Source of the DNA: Candidatus Latescibacterota bacterium
Lineage (GTDB): Bacteria > Latescibacterota > UBA2968 > GCA-2709665
Length of the DNA stretch: 64,000 bases
Assembly (NCBI GenBank): GCA_965205485.1
Contig: OZ242180.1
Coordinates: 3,456,001-3,520,000 of the forward strand
Reading direction: 5' to 3'
The notes beneath the pieces are model-generated. The model worked only from the letters and a program-made list of their open reading frames with translations. It did not search any database and had not been told where the DNA came from. This document shows, piece by piece, positions 50,801-61,236 of the stretch. A program made the translations under genes and the position numbers. Numbering within the stretch: the stretch's first letter is position 1; each line of letters opens with the position of its first letter.

Positions 50801-51669
50801 ATGCCCTACACATTTATAAACGGCTTCCGTATGTTCTATGACGTGCGCGGGGAAGGCGAAGTCATCGTGTTCGTACACGGTGGATTTCCTTCGCTCGACA
50901 TGCATCTCCGCGCCGATCCGGGAGGCGGGTGGGGATGGGAGATGGATTTCACGTCGGAATTCCGGTATGTGATGTACGATCGCCGGGGCTGCTGGCTGTC
51001 TTCCCGCCCGGAGTCGGGCTATGACCTGGAGAACCAGGCGCGCGACCTGGTCGAATTGCTGGACCACCTCGATATCGAATGCGCGCACGTCATCGGTTCC
51101 TCCGCCGGGGGTCCAATAGCGATCCTCTTTGCAACGCTTTTCCCGGAGCGTGTCAGGACACTGGTATTGGCCGGAACCGCGGCGCATCTCTGGCCGGACG
51201 AAGATCCGGTTACCCGGATTGTCAAGAAACAGTTGGAAATCCTTTATAAACAGGGAGCTGAGCCTGCCTGGACGTGCCGGCCCGATGGTGTCGAACTCTC
51301 TCTCGACGTCCTCTGGGAACGCGACGAGATGGAGGAACGGGGAACGCTGGCGGAATACGACGAGCGAGTCAGCAGGCTTGTGGCGAAGTCCAGCCTGGAG
51401 GATCGCGAGGCGTGGTACGAGACCCAGTTGAGGTCGATCGACGCGTACATTGACAGAGATCTGTCTGTCGAATGCGAACGCGTGCGGGCGCCAACGCTTG
51501 TCGTTCACGGCGCAAGGGACCGGGAAGTACCGGTGGATTGGGGCAGGGATCTGGCAGCGAAGGTCCCCGGCGCCGAGTTCAGGTTGTATAAGACGAACCT
51601 CACAGCATAGTCCACGGAAGTCGTCGGGTGCGTGAAGACCTGATGGCGTTTATTCGAAGCGCGGATTAA
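50801..51669 (+). pseudogene. Alpha/beta hydrolase, frameshifted near 51590
   Basis: FVHGG, DRRGCW, GSSAGG, HGARD; the catalytic His segment (DEPHSIV...AFIRSAD*) is in another frame. Confidence 0.75.
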
Positions 51670-51736
51670 TGAATGCGTGAACCGTCGATACGCAGGCTGA
51701 TCCGTTCACTTTCTTCGATCGGGCACGAAAGACAAA

Positions 51737-52477
51737 ATGGGCAGGGACAATCTCAGATTTCTGTTTCTTGACGTCGACGGCGTGATCCTCGACAACGCCA
51801 TGTGGGAAACGGAGAGCAGCAGGCTCGTCGGCGCCGCGTTCAGCGAATTGCTCGGTGGCGACGCTGACGTGTGGGCTGAGCACCAGGAACGGCTGTGGTT
51901 GCGGGTATGGAACCGGGGAAGCGAAGAATACACGGAGGCGCTGGGTCTGCGAAGGCTGAATCTGTCAAGATGGTGGGATCGACTGCATGCCGAATGGGTT
52001 CTGCAACTGTGTGACGAAGTTGGCGTGGAAGCGCCCCGCACCTTCGAAGAACGGGTCGACGTTGCCGAACGCGCATTCACCAACGTTTATCTGAACACCA
52101 GGGCCGTCTTTGCGGGCGCCGGATCGGCCATCGAGGCGCTGGCGAAAGACTTCGAGATCCATACCGCGTCCGGCAACCCGTCATGGGTGATAGAGACCCT
52201 GCTGACGGGCATGGGTATTCGTGAACTGATAGGCAGGCCGTTCGGGTCCGATCTGGTCGGCTTTCAGAAGGGGCACAGGACCTTTCACGCTCGCATCCTG
52301 AACGAAGTCGGGGCCAGGCCTCAAGAATCGATCGTCGTGGATGATCACGAAATGCCGCTTCTGGCCGCCGGGAAGCTCGGCGCAAAGACGGTCAGAGTGG
52401 GGCGCGCCGGATCAGGTGAATTCGACCTCACAATCGAATCGCTGTCCGATTTGCCAGACGCCATATCTGCCCTTTGA
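51737..52477 (+). CDS. HAD-superfamily hydrolase
   Basis: FLDVDGVILD, ASGN, VVDD. Confidence 0.85.
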   Translation: MGRDNLRFLFLDVDGVILDNAMWETESSRLVGAAFSELLGGDADVWAEHQERLWLRVWNRGSEEYTEALGLRRLNLSRWWDRLHAEWVLQLCDEVGVEAPRTFEERVDVAERAFTNVYLNTRAVFAGAGSAIEALAKDFEIHTASGNPSWVIETLLTGMGIRELIGRPFGSDLVGFQKGHRTFHARILNEVGARPQESIVVDDHEMPLLAAGKLGAKTVRVGRAGSGEFDLTIESLSDLPDAISAL

Positions 52478-52614
52478 TAATCCGTCCGGTCCGACACCGT
52501 AAGAGCCTCAATGCGCGGTCATTTGCGAAAGCTGCAATGCACCACCGAAATCTGATTGCGCGTACCCGTAAGCGACCTGGACGTCAACATCGAAACTCCG
52601 GGAGTCATACGCTG

Positions 52615-53160
52615 ATGGCCGCCAGATTCATTGAACACCGACGACACACGATGCGGACGAAACCCGGCCAGCATCTCTGTCAAGCCGGCGTTGACCTCGC
52701 CAGGCGGGTCGGGGAGGGTATGCCCGCATTTGACAAAGTGTACACGAGTTCCGTCCCCCGCGCATTCGAAACCGGCGTTGCCATGGGCTATGCCGTCGAC
52801 CGTCAGGTCGAACTGTTGGCTTCGATGCCGTCGAACGCGGAAATCTCTTTCGACGTGGGATTTGGCGGATTCTCTTCCCATATCCGTCGATACCCGGACG
52901 GCGTCGTCGCGAACTTCGCCAGAGAACTGGCCGCTTTTCACAACAACGTCGCCCGGTCGCTTCCGGCAGGCGGCAGAGCATTAATCTTGTCTCACGGCGG
53001 ATTCATCGAAGCCAGTGCGGTCGGTTGCCTGCCCGATGCGGACCACGAATCGTGGGGGCCTTCCTGTAACTATTGCGAAGGGGTCAGATTGACGTACGAC
53101 GACGGGAGGTTCACGGACTGCGAAATCCTCCGGGTCCCGGGCACAGTCCTTTTGAACTGA
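52615..53160 (+). CDS. Histidine phosphatase family protein
   Basis: RRHT, TSSVPRAFET, ILSHGG. Confidence 0.8.
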   Translation: MAARFIEHRRHTMRTKPGQHLCQAGVDLARRVGEGMPAFDKVYTSSVPRAFETGVAMGYAVDRQVELLASMPSNAEISFDVGFGGFSSHIRRYPDGVVANFARELAAFHNNVARSLPAGGRALILSHGGFIEASAVGCLPDADHESWGPSCNYCEGVRLTYDDGRFTDCEILRVPGTVLLN

Positions 53161-53184
53161 TGCAGAAGCAGCTATCAGCTAAAG

Positions 53185-53380
53185 GCGGGTAGACGCAAGA
53201 CGGGAGAGGGTAGAGAACCACACGACACCCCACCACCTGGTGAGACGTAAGCCGGGAGAGGGTAGAGATCGCATGCCGTGTAAGGTTTCCTGTCCGGCCT
53301 CCGGCGAGCCGGTGGAACATATCGGCAAGGGCTTCTTCTACCCTCTACCGTCTCCCCGCATTTCTTCTACCGTCTACCGC
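53185..53380. repeat. Inverted-repeat element with ~7-nt periodic arms (GGTAGAC/GGTAGAG...CTACCGT), copy 1
   Basis: Similar to 62451-62603. Confidence 0.7.
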
Positions 53381-53389
53381 GAGGGTCTT

Positions 53390-54451
53390 TTGAGTCCGAC
53401 GAGAGTCGCCGTGATCGGGTGCGGTCAGATCGCAACCACACAACATCTGCCGGCCTACAGAGAGGCAGCGGATGCCGGGGTCTGCACGCTTGTGGGCGTG
53501 TGCGATCCGGATCCCGAACGGCTGGCGCGGGCGAGCAGGCAGTTTGAAGCCGCCGGATTTCGGGACGCGGAAGCGATGCTCGAGAAGGCAAAGCCCGACG
53601 TCGTCAGTATCGCTACGCTGCCTTCAAGCCATCGGGACCTCGCGGTGATGTGCCTTGAGGCGGGATCTCACGTCCTGTGCGAGAAGCCCGTGGCGATGGA
53701 TTCGGGCGAGGCCCGGGACATGGTCCGCGCCGCAGAAACAAACTACCGGCTGCTGAGTATCTGCTTCGAATACCGGACCTGGGACGAGTCACGGTACCTG
53801 AGAGACCGGATCGCGGAAGGCGTCCTCGGCCACGTGTACGCCGTTCGGACGTGGGGAGGGTGCGCATACGGCCGGCCGGCGATCGCCTGCAGTTCACCTG
53901 GATCATGCGGCGGCGGCGTACTGGCGCACTGGTCGATCCACAACCTTGACCTCGTTCTCTGGCTGCTTGGCAACCCCGAACCGCTGACCGCCAGCGCATT
54001 CCGCCATCAGCGGGCGTCCGACTGCCCGCCGCCTGCCGGACCCCCGGCAGACGGCGTCGATCCAACGCCGCTCGATCCGGATTTCGAAGACTTCGGCGCG
54101 GGCTTTATCCGGCTGTCCGGAGACACCGTCCTGACCGTGGAGGGAGATTTTTTTCAGGGACCCTCTGACAGAAACGAGGGTTGGGCCTTTCTTGGAGACC
54201 GGGGCAACGCGTCTGTCTCGCCGCTTGGAATCTGGACCGACGACGGACGATCGTGGCGAGAGGAGGAGACCCCCCGCCTGAAGCCTTGCGACTACGATAT
54301 GCGGCAGCTGATCAACGAATTTCTGGGCGCTGTCCGTCAGGGAGAGGCGTCTCCCGTTTCCGGCAGCGAGATCGTTCGAATCCAGCGGCTCATGGACGCA
54401 CTCTACGCCTCGGCATCATCCGGGCATGAAGTCGCTGTCGCAGGAGCTTGA
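53390..54451 (+). CDS. Gfo/Idh/MocA oxidoreductase
   Basis: VAVIGCG.IA, HVLCEKP, GGGVL..W.IHNLD; TTG start inferred just after the repeat. Confidence 0.88.
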   Translation: MSPTRVAVIGCGQIATTQHLPAYREAADAGVCTLVGVCDPDPERLARASRQFEAAGFRDAEAMLEKAKPDVVSIATLPSSHRDLAVMCLEAGSHVLCEKPVAMDSGEARDMVRAAETNYRLLSICFEYRTWDESRYLRDRIAEGVLGHVYAVRTWGGCAYGRPAIACSSPGSCGGGVLAHWSIHNLDLVLWLLGNPEPLTASAFRHQRASDCPPPAGPPADGVDPTPLDPDFEDFGAGFIRLSGDTVLTVEGDFFQGPSDRNEGWAFLGDRGNASVSPLGIWTDDGRSWREEETPRLKPCDYDMRQLINEFLGAVRQGEASPVSGSEIVRIQRLMDALYASASSGHEVAVAGA

Positions 54452-54472
54452 ATTATAAGGACAACACACACC

Positions 54473-55081
54473 ATGGGGCTAGTCTACATCGAGTACATCA
54501 GCCGTCTGCCAGGCATCGATCCGGAGACGTTCCGCGCGCGGACCGCTCAGGGACAGGAGGGATGGGACACCGGGTATGAGGACGAGTTGGTTCTGTCCGT
54601 CGGCCGCACGTGGCGATTGGGGCCCCAACCGGAGTACATGACCGTCTGGCACACGCAGAACGCGGGCCTCGAAAGATTGGACGCGTGGGACCGCATCTTT
54701 CGCAGCGGCGAGGCGGACGACCTGGAAAAGCCGTTCTTTCAGGTCGCGCGGATCGACGTGGCCGGCTGCTACAATCCGTTGCGCGAACCAGTCCCGGCAC
54801 GCAATGGAACGTACTATGCAGAGTTCTTCGTCGCCCGCGATACCACGGATAACGTCAGTAGCTTCTTCGAGAGCCGTGCGAAACGCCATCCTGATTTCAC
54901 GCTGAATCTCCTCGTGCAGAGAATCGGGATGCTGGCGCCCGAACCCGGCGGCCTTGCCGTCTGGACCATCCCCGATTTCGCAGCGCTGGATTCCATCGCA
55001 ACCGAGCTGGATCAACCCGACACCCCAATCAGGCTCTCAACCGCGGGGACCTATGCGGACTTCGGCAGGGAGATTCTCTGA
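54473..55081 (+). CDS. Conserved hypothetical protein
   Basis: Clean 202-aa ORF with AAGGA RBS; GRTWRLGP.PEY. Confidence 0.7.
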   Translation: MGLVYIEYISRLPGIDPETFRARTAQGQEGWDTGYEDELVLSVGRTWRLGPQPEYMTVWHTQNAGLERLDAWDRIFRSGEADDLEKPFFQVARIDVAGCYNPLREPVPARNGTYYAEFFVARDTTDNVSSFFESRAKRHPDFTLNLLVQRIGMLAPEPGGLAVWTIPDFAALDSIATELDQPDTPIRLSTAGTYADFGREIL

Positions 55082-55161
55082 GCGCCGTTTGCGGCAAATC
55101 AGTGTGTAAGATCCACGGTATCGTGGTCGTGCACGTGGAACATTTCACCGGATCGGAATCG

Positions 55162-56460
55162 ATGCTCCTTGTATTACTCTTCTGCGCGCTGTTGACGTTC
55201 AATTTCCTCAGCTGCTCCATCGCGTTTGCGCAGAACGACCTCACGGCGGAACAGTATGAAGAAGACTTCGATTTTCTGTGGAAAACGTTCCGTACGGACT
55301 ATGCATATTTTGACGAGAAGCGGACGGACTGGGATCGGGTCAACGAGATCTACAGACCTGAAGTCCGAACGATTTCGACAAAATCGGAATTCGTCGCGTT
55401 GCTGGAGAAGGTCCTTGAGGAGCTGTACGACGACCATATACATCTGAACACGCATACGGCATCTTCACCGAACATCGTGCCTTCGCGGACCGACGTCTGG
55501 GCTGAGTGGATCGACGGAAGAGCGATCGTTACGGGAATCCGACCGGGCTTTCCCGCCGAATTCGCAGGTCTGCGTCCCGGGACGGAAATCTTCGGTTTCA
55601 ATGGAATGCCGATCGAAGACGCCGTCCGCAAGCGTATGGGCAGGTCTATTGTCCAGGCCGACGACAAAATTAAGGGTTGGACCCTGAGAAAAGTGCTGGC
55701 GGGATTCCGGAATGAAACAAGGACAATCGACGTCAGATACCGGGGCGATTCCAGGCAGGTCACCATCCCACCCGAACCGTTCGATATCGCCTATCGCTCA
55801 GAGCACCAATCGAAAGTCGATTTCCAAATTCTGGATGACCGGATCGGATACGTGGCCATCAACGGCACCCTGGTGGACAATGGACTTCTGAAGTCATTCG
55901 ACACCGCACTCGAGGAGCTGTCTGAAACCGACGGATTGATCCTGGACCTGCGCAAAGTCGGCGGTGGCAATACGGGGGTTGTTGAAGGAATTATCGGACG
56001 CCTGATTGACCGGGAACGCGTGTACCAGCGAACCGTACCACGCAATGGAGAGCCGTTTCTGAGCCGGGTCAGACCGAGAGGTAGGTGGCAATATGCAAAT
56101 CCCGTTGTCATTCTGGTGAACCGCTGGACGGGAAGTGCCGGGGAGGGTCTGGCAATCAGTCTGGATGCACTTGATCGAGCGACCGTGGTTGGAACGAAGA
56201 TGGCGGGACTGGAGGGTTCGGTCTTAACGATGCGGATGCCCAATTCGGGAATCGGATTTCAGTGTACAAATCAAAAAATCTTCAACGGCACGCTGAAGGG
56301 TGACGCGGCATCTCAAGAGTTCGTCGGATCGTCACGACGCGCGTACGTGCCATCTTTGCTTGTCGACCCACTGAAGGTATCATGGGGCGAGTCGGAGGAT
56401 CCAATCCTGAAGAGAGGCGTTGACGTACTCCGGGGTATCGGACACCAATATGACCGATAG
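55162..56460 (+). CDS. S41-family peptidase
   Basis: DFDFLW..F..DYAY, LILDLR..GG, TGSAGE; signal peptide. Confidence 0.88.
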   Translation: MLLVLLFCALLTFNFLSCSIAFAQNDLTAEQYEEDFDFLWKTFRTDYAYFDEKRTDWDRVNEIYRPEVRTISTKSEFVALLEKVLEELYDDHIHLNTHTASSPNIVPSRTDVWAEWIDGRAIVTGIRPGFPAEFAGLRPGTEIFGFNGMPIEDAVRKRMGRSIVQADDKIKGWTLRKVLAGFRNETRTIDVRYRGDSRQVTIPPEPFDIAYRSEHQSKVDFQILDDRIGYVAINGTLVDNGLLKSFDTALEELSETDGLILDLRKVGGGNTGVVEGIIGRLIDRERVYQRTVPRNGEPFLSRVRPRGRWQYANPVVILVNRWTGSAGEGLAISLDALDRATVVGTKMAGLEGSVLTMRMPNSGIGFQCTNQKIFNGTLKGDAASQEFVGSSRRAYVPSLLVDPLKVSWGESEDPILKRGVDVLRGIGHQYDR

Positions 56461-56773
56461 GCAAATCGAACGTACATTCGGTTTCTTTCATGGGTGAGAC
56501 GTTCCGTACTTGCGTTGCAAGGCCTTGAGTTCACTTGATGAATTGCCGACCTCAACCTTGGTGGATACCGCCTGCAGGTTAACGGATTTCGAGATCGTAC
56601 ACCTCCTGAGTTGCCCGCTGAGCGAACGGAGAGAGAAGCCAGAGAAAGACATTAGCCAGTAGTGCCATCCTATACGTGCCTGATCCTTGTCCAGGAGATC
56701 GATCTTGCAACCATCCGCATTCGCGGCTATATTAAAGGGGATTATATACTTGGGTTGACAGGGGACTTGTCTG

Positions 56774-57082
56774 ATGTTCATCGACGAAGACGGGAAAGTG
56801 GACGGCGGCGACATGACCGCGGCCGAGAACCATAGGCGGGTCCACAACGAGATGGCTGGCATCACTGAGGACGACGAAAAAGAACTGAAAGGCCGAATGT
56901 CTAATCCTAAACAGATGCAACACAAGGCGTTAGTCTTTGACCGCCACGAGGAGGACACGGGCAAAAGATGGAAGTACGAGGCCAAGGTGGGTGTACCGCT
57001 GGACCCGACTGTAGTTCACGACACCCCCAAGTTTCCTCTCGGCTCAGTGATGGTCGTGCGAGAAGGGAAAGACCATAAGTAG
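56774..57082 (+). CDS. Hypothetical protein
   Basis: 102-aa charged ORF with GGGG RBS-like run. Confidence 0.45.
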   Translation: MFIDEDGKVDGGDMTAAENHRRVHNEMAGITEDDEKELKGRMSNPKQMQHKALVFDRHEEDTGKRWKYEAKVGVPLDPTVVHDTPKFPLGSVMVVREGKDHK

Positions 57083-57169
57083 GCCGATTCCACGCCGTCA
57101 ACCTTAGTATATAATTCCCATGTTAAAGGGGTGTTTAGACAAACATGGGCTTGACGTGGCGTAGGTGCT

Positions 57170-57448
57170 ATGTCATTCAAATTCGAGTGGGATGATAACA
57201 AAGCAGCATCAAATTTCACGAAACACCGGGTGGCATTTAATGAAGCAAAATCCATATTCGAGGATCCGTTCCATGTTGATTTCTACGACCCCGATCACTC
57301 TTACGATGAACAGCGGTATGTTTTAGTCGGACAATCGGAGCGAGGTCGTTTATTGATCGTGTCTTATACCGAACGTGGCGAAGTTGTACGTTTAATAGGT
57401 GCGAGGGAAGCGACCCGAAGGGAGCGAGAATCTTATGAAGAAGGCTGA
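57170..57448 (+). CDS. brnT: BrnT-family toxin
   Basis: FEWDDNKAASNFTKH.VAF.EA..IF.DP, HSYDEQRY, RLIGAREAT. Confidence 0.9.
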   Translation: MSFKFEWDDNKAASNFTKHRVAFNEAKSIFEDPFHVDFYDPDHSYDEQRYVLVGQSERGRLLIVSYTERGEVVRLIGAREATRRERESYEEG

Positions 57449-57674
57449 AGCCAAAATAGAAGATGAACTGCAGGCGGAGTACGACTTGAAGAGCCTGCAG
57501 GTTAGGAAGGTGGGACCGGGGCGAGAGGGCTTTGGCAGATTCGTCGTCCGGTTGGAACCTGATGTTGCAAGGGTGTTTCCGGACGCTGATTCCGTTAACG
57601 AGGCATTGCGTTTCCTGATACGGGTGACCAGAGAAAACAAGCCGGCGCTTTCAAATGATGCAGGTGATGACTGA
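57435..57674 (+). CDS. BrnA-like antitoxin
   Basis: DELQAEYD...VRLEPDVARVFPDADSVNEALR; overlaps brnT. Confidence 0.8.
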   Translation: MKKAEAKIEDELQAEYDLKSLQVRKVGPGREGFGRFVVRLEPDVARVFPDADSVNEALRFLIRVTRENKPALSNDAGDD

Positions 57675-57824
57675 CACCTGAAGTGAAGGTCCGGACGCTG
57701 GAGTTCTTTTAAAAAATCGAAATCGGTACGTATGTGAATCCCCGTTGGTCCTGCTGGCTGGCGGGGATTATATTCTAATGAACAGATGTGTTTTTCGTCG
57801 GCGCGTATAAATTTTAAAACTGCA

Positions 57825-58478
57825 ATGAAATCAGTTATTTGGGACTTCAACGGTACCATTCTGGATGACGTAGGACTTGCAACACGTTCGATGAACGAAC
57901 TGTTGCGCAGAAGAGGACTGCCGACGATCGACAAGGCGGCGCATCGACGGGTCTTCAGGTTTCCCGTATCCAATTACTATCGTCATTTGGGATTCGACCT
58001 GGACCGTGAAGACCAACGAGAAATTTCCGATGAATTCCACAATGTTTACCAGGCCGGTATCGGATCGTGTTCACTGAATCCGGGAATCGCGGATGCGCTC
58101 AAGTTCCTGGAAGAACATGGAATGGATCAGTTCGTGTTGTCGGCTGCCCAAGAAGAAATGGTCGTTTCGTGGGTGCGTATTCACGGTCTTCCGGAACGAT
58201 TCAAGGGTGTGTACGGACTCAACGATCGATTGGCTGCGTCGAAAGAACAGAGATGCCGCGATCTGATTGAAGATTTCGACCTCGATCCATCCGCGACGCT
58301 GTTCATAGGCGACACGGATCACGACGTGGAAGTGGCGCGCACCGTCGGTTGCCGTCCGCTGGTCGTATTGCAGGGGCACCAGGACAGGTTTCGGTTTGCG
58401 GGCGCGGAATGTGAGATCTATGATTCCTTTCACGACCTGGTCAAAGCGCTTCCGGTGGATGGGACTGCCGGAAGATAG
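57825..58478 (+). CDS. HAD hydrolase (phosphoglycolate phosphatase-like)
   Basis: IWDFNGTILDD, FIGDTDHD. Confidence 0.88.
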   Translation: MKSVIWDFNGTILDDVGLATRSMNELLRRRGLPTIDKAAHRRVFRFPVSNYYRHLGFDLDREDQREISDEFHNVYQAGIGSCSLNPGIADALKFLEEHGMDQFVLSAAQEEMVVSWVRIHGLPERFKGVYGLNDRLAASKEQRCRDLIEDFDLDPSATLFIGDTDHDVEVARTVGCRPLVVLQGHQDRFRFAGAECEIYDSFHDLVKALPVDGTAGR

Positions 58479-58531
58479 GCGTATACAATGTATACAGTAA
58501 GGGTAACAGGGTATACAGTGAAGGAGGCAGA

Positions 58532-59443
58532 ATGAAGACCTTTCCATTGGAGTACACGGCGGCCGGCGCCGCGGGACAGATGTCGTTCCATCTGCCGAAG
58601 CCGGTGCAGTACGAGGGAAACCCGGTCCTGACGGCGACGGACGACCAGGAATTCGCGGGACAGGACGCCACGTACATCTCGGTGCTGCCGACGGCGGGCG
58701 TGCTTCCGGATCCTATCGACGCGTATTATGCCTACGTGGCGACGCACGACGGCTCGGAAATCTGGCTCGCAACGGCGCCGCACCCGCTGGGTCCGTGGAC
58801 GTGGCGGAGGGCCGTGCTGGAACTCTCGGCGACGTCGTTCACGAAGCACATTTCATCTCCGTCGGCCGTCATGCACAACGGGGAGGTCTACATGTACTTC
58901 CATGGCGTACACACGACCGGCAGGCAGCCGACCGCACTCGCGACGTCGAAGGACGGCGTCCATTTCGAGCAGAAGATATTCCCCATAATGACAACGCACC
59001 CGAATCGCAAAAACCACTGGTACGGGCAGAGCGTGAGCTACGTCCGGGTGGTCAAGGACGGCCCCATGTTCATCGGAACCTTTCAGGGCAACGGCCTCGG
59101 ATGGAACGCGCAGGCGAACGGGGTGACGACCGTGGCCGGCCTGGCGATGAGCGTGGACGGCATCCACTGGCGGCTGTCGAAAAAACCGCTGCTTGGGAAT
59201 ATGCCGGGCAGCCGGGGGCCGTTCGCATCCATCCTCGTTCGTCTGTGGGACCGCTGGCTCATGCTGTTCAACGATGATCGGGGACTTTCCGGGGCGCTTT
59301 CGGAGGGTTCGGACGTGACAGGTCCGTACGAGGACATGGGGTGTGTACTCGAATCCGGACACTGGCCGTTTCCGGTGTTTCACGAGGACAAGCTCTACCT
59401 GCTGTGCGGCGGGATCAACGCCGCTGTGATCGAGTGGAAGTAG
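58532..59443 (+). CDS. Five-bladed beta-propeller glycosidase-like protein (GH43/32-like fold)
   Basis: GNPVL, LATAPHPLGPWT, HISSP, YMYFHG, ATSKDGVHF, SVDGIHW. Confidence 0.65.
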   Translation: MKTFPLEYTAAGAAGQMSFHLPKPVQYEGNPVLTATDDQEFAGQDATYISVLPTAGVLPDPIDAYYAYVATHDGSEIWLATAPHPLGPWTWRRAVLELSATSFTKHISSPSAVMHNGEVYMYFHGVHTTGRQPTALATSKDGVHFEQKIFPIMTTHPNRKNHWYGQSVSYVRVVKDGPMFIGTFQGNGLGWNAQANGVTTVAGLAMSVDGIHWRLSKKPLLGNMPGSRGPFASILVRLWDRWLMLFNDDRGLSGALSEGSDVTGPYEDMGCVLESGHWPFPVFHEDKLYLLCGGINAAVIEWK

Positions 59444-59498
59444 AGGAAGCGTACCAAGTCTAAATTGAATCGACCGAACGGATGCGGGGGGAAGAACC

Positions 59499-60158
59499 AT
59501 GAACCGAAGATTGCTTCGCACGACCTATCACGCGGAAGTTGAAGAGGTCAACTTCACACACGGGCTGCCGGCGTGGATGACGCAAACGCTGACCGGATCG
59601 TCCGGCGCAGCGACGTGTGACTATACGGATGCCTACGGCAGTCACTATTGGATGATCGCACGGGGTAACACCGGCGACGGCGTGAAGTTGATCGGGTCAT
59701 CCTTGAGCATGTCCGTCGTGAAGGTCGTGGAAATGGTGGCGGTGGGAGTGACGGTGAACGGGCCGGCGGAGTTCAGCCTGGGTTTTGTTTCGCCGGGTGA
59801 CAATCCTGCCGGGATTCAGATTGATGCGGTTCCGATTGAGGCCGGCGTATCGCCGGCCGGCCGCGTGCGGCTTGTCATGCGGGACGGGTCTACGGATGGT
59901 GAGCAGACGCTTTTCGCGGAGGGTAACGACGGTCAAATCGGCGATGGCGGGACGGTGATCGAAGACGTCGACCTGGGGGTCATCGTCAATGTCGAGACGA
60001 AGTCAGCCAAGGCGCACCTGGGGTACTCCTACGTGTCCTGCGGTCCGCAGGGCTTTCCGACCGGACAGGTGCTTGCGCCCGCCATCCGGACAAGGCTGGT
60101 CGCGGATGGAGAGGCGTCGGCCAGGGTGCGTCGGGTAACGATAGGGATATACAGTTGA
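59499..60158 (+). CDS. Hypothetical beta-rich protein
   Basis: 219-aa ORF with GC-rich codon usage like the upstream gene. Confidence 0.6.
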   Translation: MNRRLLRTTYHAEVEEVNFTHGLPAWMTQTLTGSSGAATCDYTDAYGSHYWMIARGNTGDGVKLIGSSLSMSVVKVVEMVAVGVTVNGPAEFSLGFVSPGDNPAGIQIDAVPIEAGVSPAGRVRLVMRDGSTDGEQTLFAEGNDGQIGDGGTVIEDVDLGVIVNVETKSAKAHLGYSYVSCGPQGFPTGQVLAPAIRTRLVADGEASARVRRVTIGIYS

Positions 60159-60225
60159 ATTTTGAAAAGACGTTGACTGAAGATGAAAATCGACCCAGGC
60201 CCGCGTTCGGTATTGAGGCCGACGG

Positions 60226-61119
60226 ATGACCAATAGGTCCCGGGCGCTCGTGGAGGTGCATGTTGCGACACTCCTGTATGGATTCATCGGTCCCCTCGGA
60301 AAAGCGGTGGACCTCGATCCGTATCAGATCGTCTTCTGGCGAACGGCGCTCGCGGCCATCGTCCTCTTCCTCGTCGCGATACGGCTAAAGAGCCACGCGC
60401 CCATCAGGAGCTGGAGTGATCTGGCGACCTTTTCGGCGATCGCAGTCCTGCTTTCGGTCCACTGGGTACTTTTCTTCCAGTCGATCAAGGTCTCGACGGT
60501 CGCCATCGGCCTCGTGACGACGTACACCTATCCGGTGCTCATGGTGTTTCTGGAAAGCCTCTTCTTCAACGTCAGGCTGCGGGCCGTTGACTTCGCCAGC
60601 GCGGTTGCGGTCCTGATCGGTGTCTACTGCCTGGCGCCGGAATTCGATCTGTCCGATGCGAATTTCCAGGGGGTTCTATACGGGATGGCCTCCGGCGCAA
60701 TGCTTCCACTATTCATCCTGTTGCGCAAGAAACGGATCATCGACAGATACAATACCTGGGATATTTCAGCCTATGAATTGGGCATCGCGGGCCTGCTCCT
60801 TCTTCCATTTATGTTCTACAATGAGACCCTGTTCGAGTTGCCCGGAACAAGGGACCTCGTGCTCGTGGTGGTGCTGGGCGTGGTGCTGACCGGTTTCGCT
60901 CGAATACTGTTCGTCAACAGCCAGCGGCTCCTTTCGGGGAAAGTCGTCGGAATAACCCTGGCGCTGGAAACCGTCTACGGCGTCATCATCGCGGTCATTT
61001 TCCTGGCCGCTATTCCATCCGGCAGGGAAATCACCGGCGGGCTGATCATCCTGTCGGCCGCGGTGTTCGAGAGTTTGAGAGCGCCGGCAGATGAAGCGGT
61101 TGGTAGCAATGGTCAGTGA
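60226..61119 (+). CDS. EamA/DMT family transporter
   Basis: About 10 TM segments; HWVLFFQSIKVSTVA, LETVYG. Confidence 0.88.
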   Translation: MTNRSRALVEVHVATLLYGFIGPLGKAVDLDPYQIVFWRTALAAIVLFLVAIRLKSHAPIRSWSDLATFSAIAVLLSVHWVLFFQSIKVSTVAIGLVTTYTYPVLMVFLESLFFNVRLRAVDFASAVAVLIGVYCLAPEFDLSDANFQGVLYGMASGAMLPLFILLRKKRIIDRYNTWDISAYELGIAGLLLLPFMFYNETLFELPGTRDLVLVVVLGVVLTGFARILFVNSQRLLSGKVVGITLALETVYGVIIAVIFLAAIPSGREITGGLIILSAAVFESLRAPADEAVGSNGQ

Positions 61120-61236
61120 TTCGCAAGATCAGCGGCACACGCAAAGAGAGTTTATCGACGACGCAATGACGTTCAAGGTGAACGAAGAACCGGTCGACAA
61201 CCGACGATTGATTTCAGTTGTTCGGGAGGAAAGAAA

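Noticed and set aside
56488..56985. Minus-strand 165-aa ORF
   Set aside because: It overlaps the more protein-like + ORF 56774-57082 and has no motif or RBS support.
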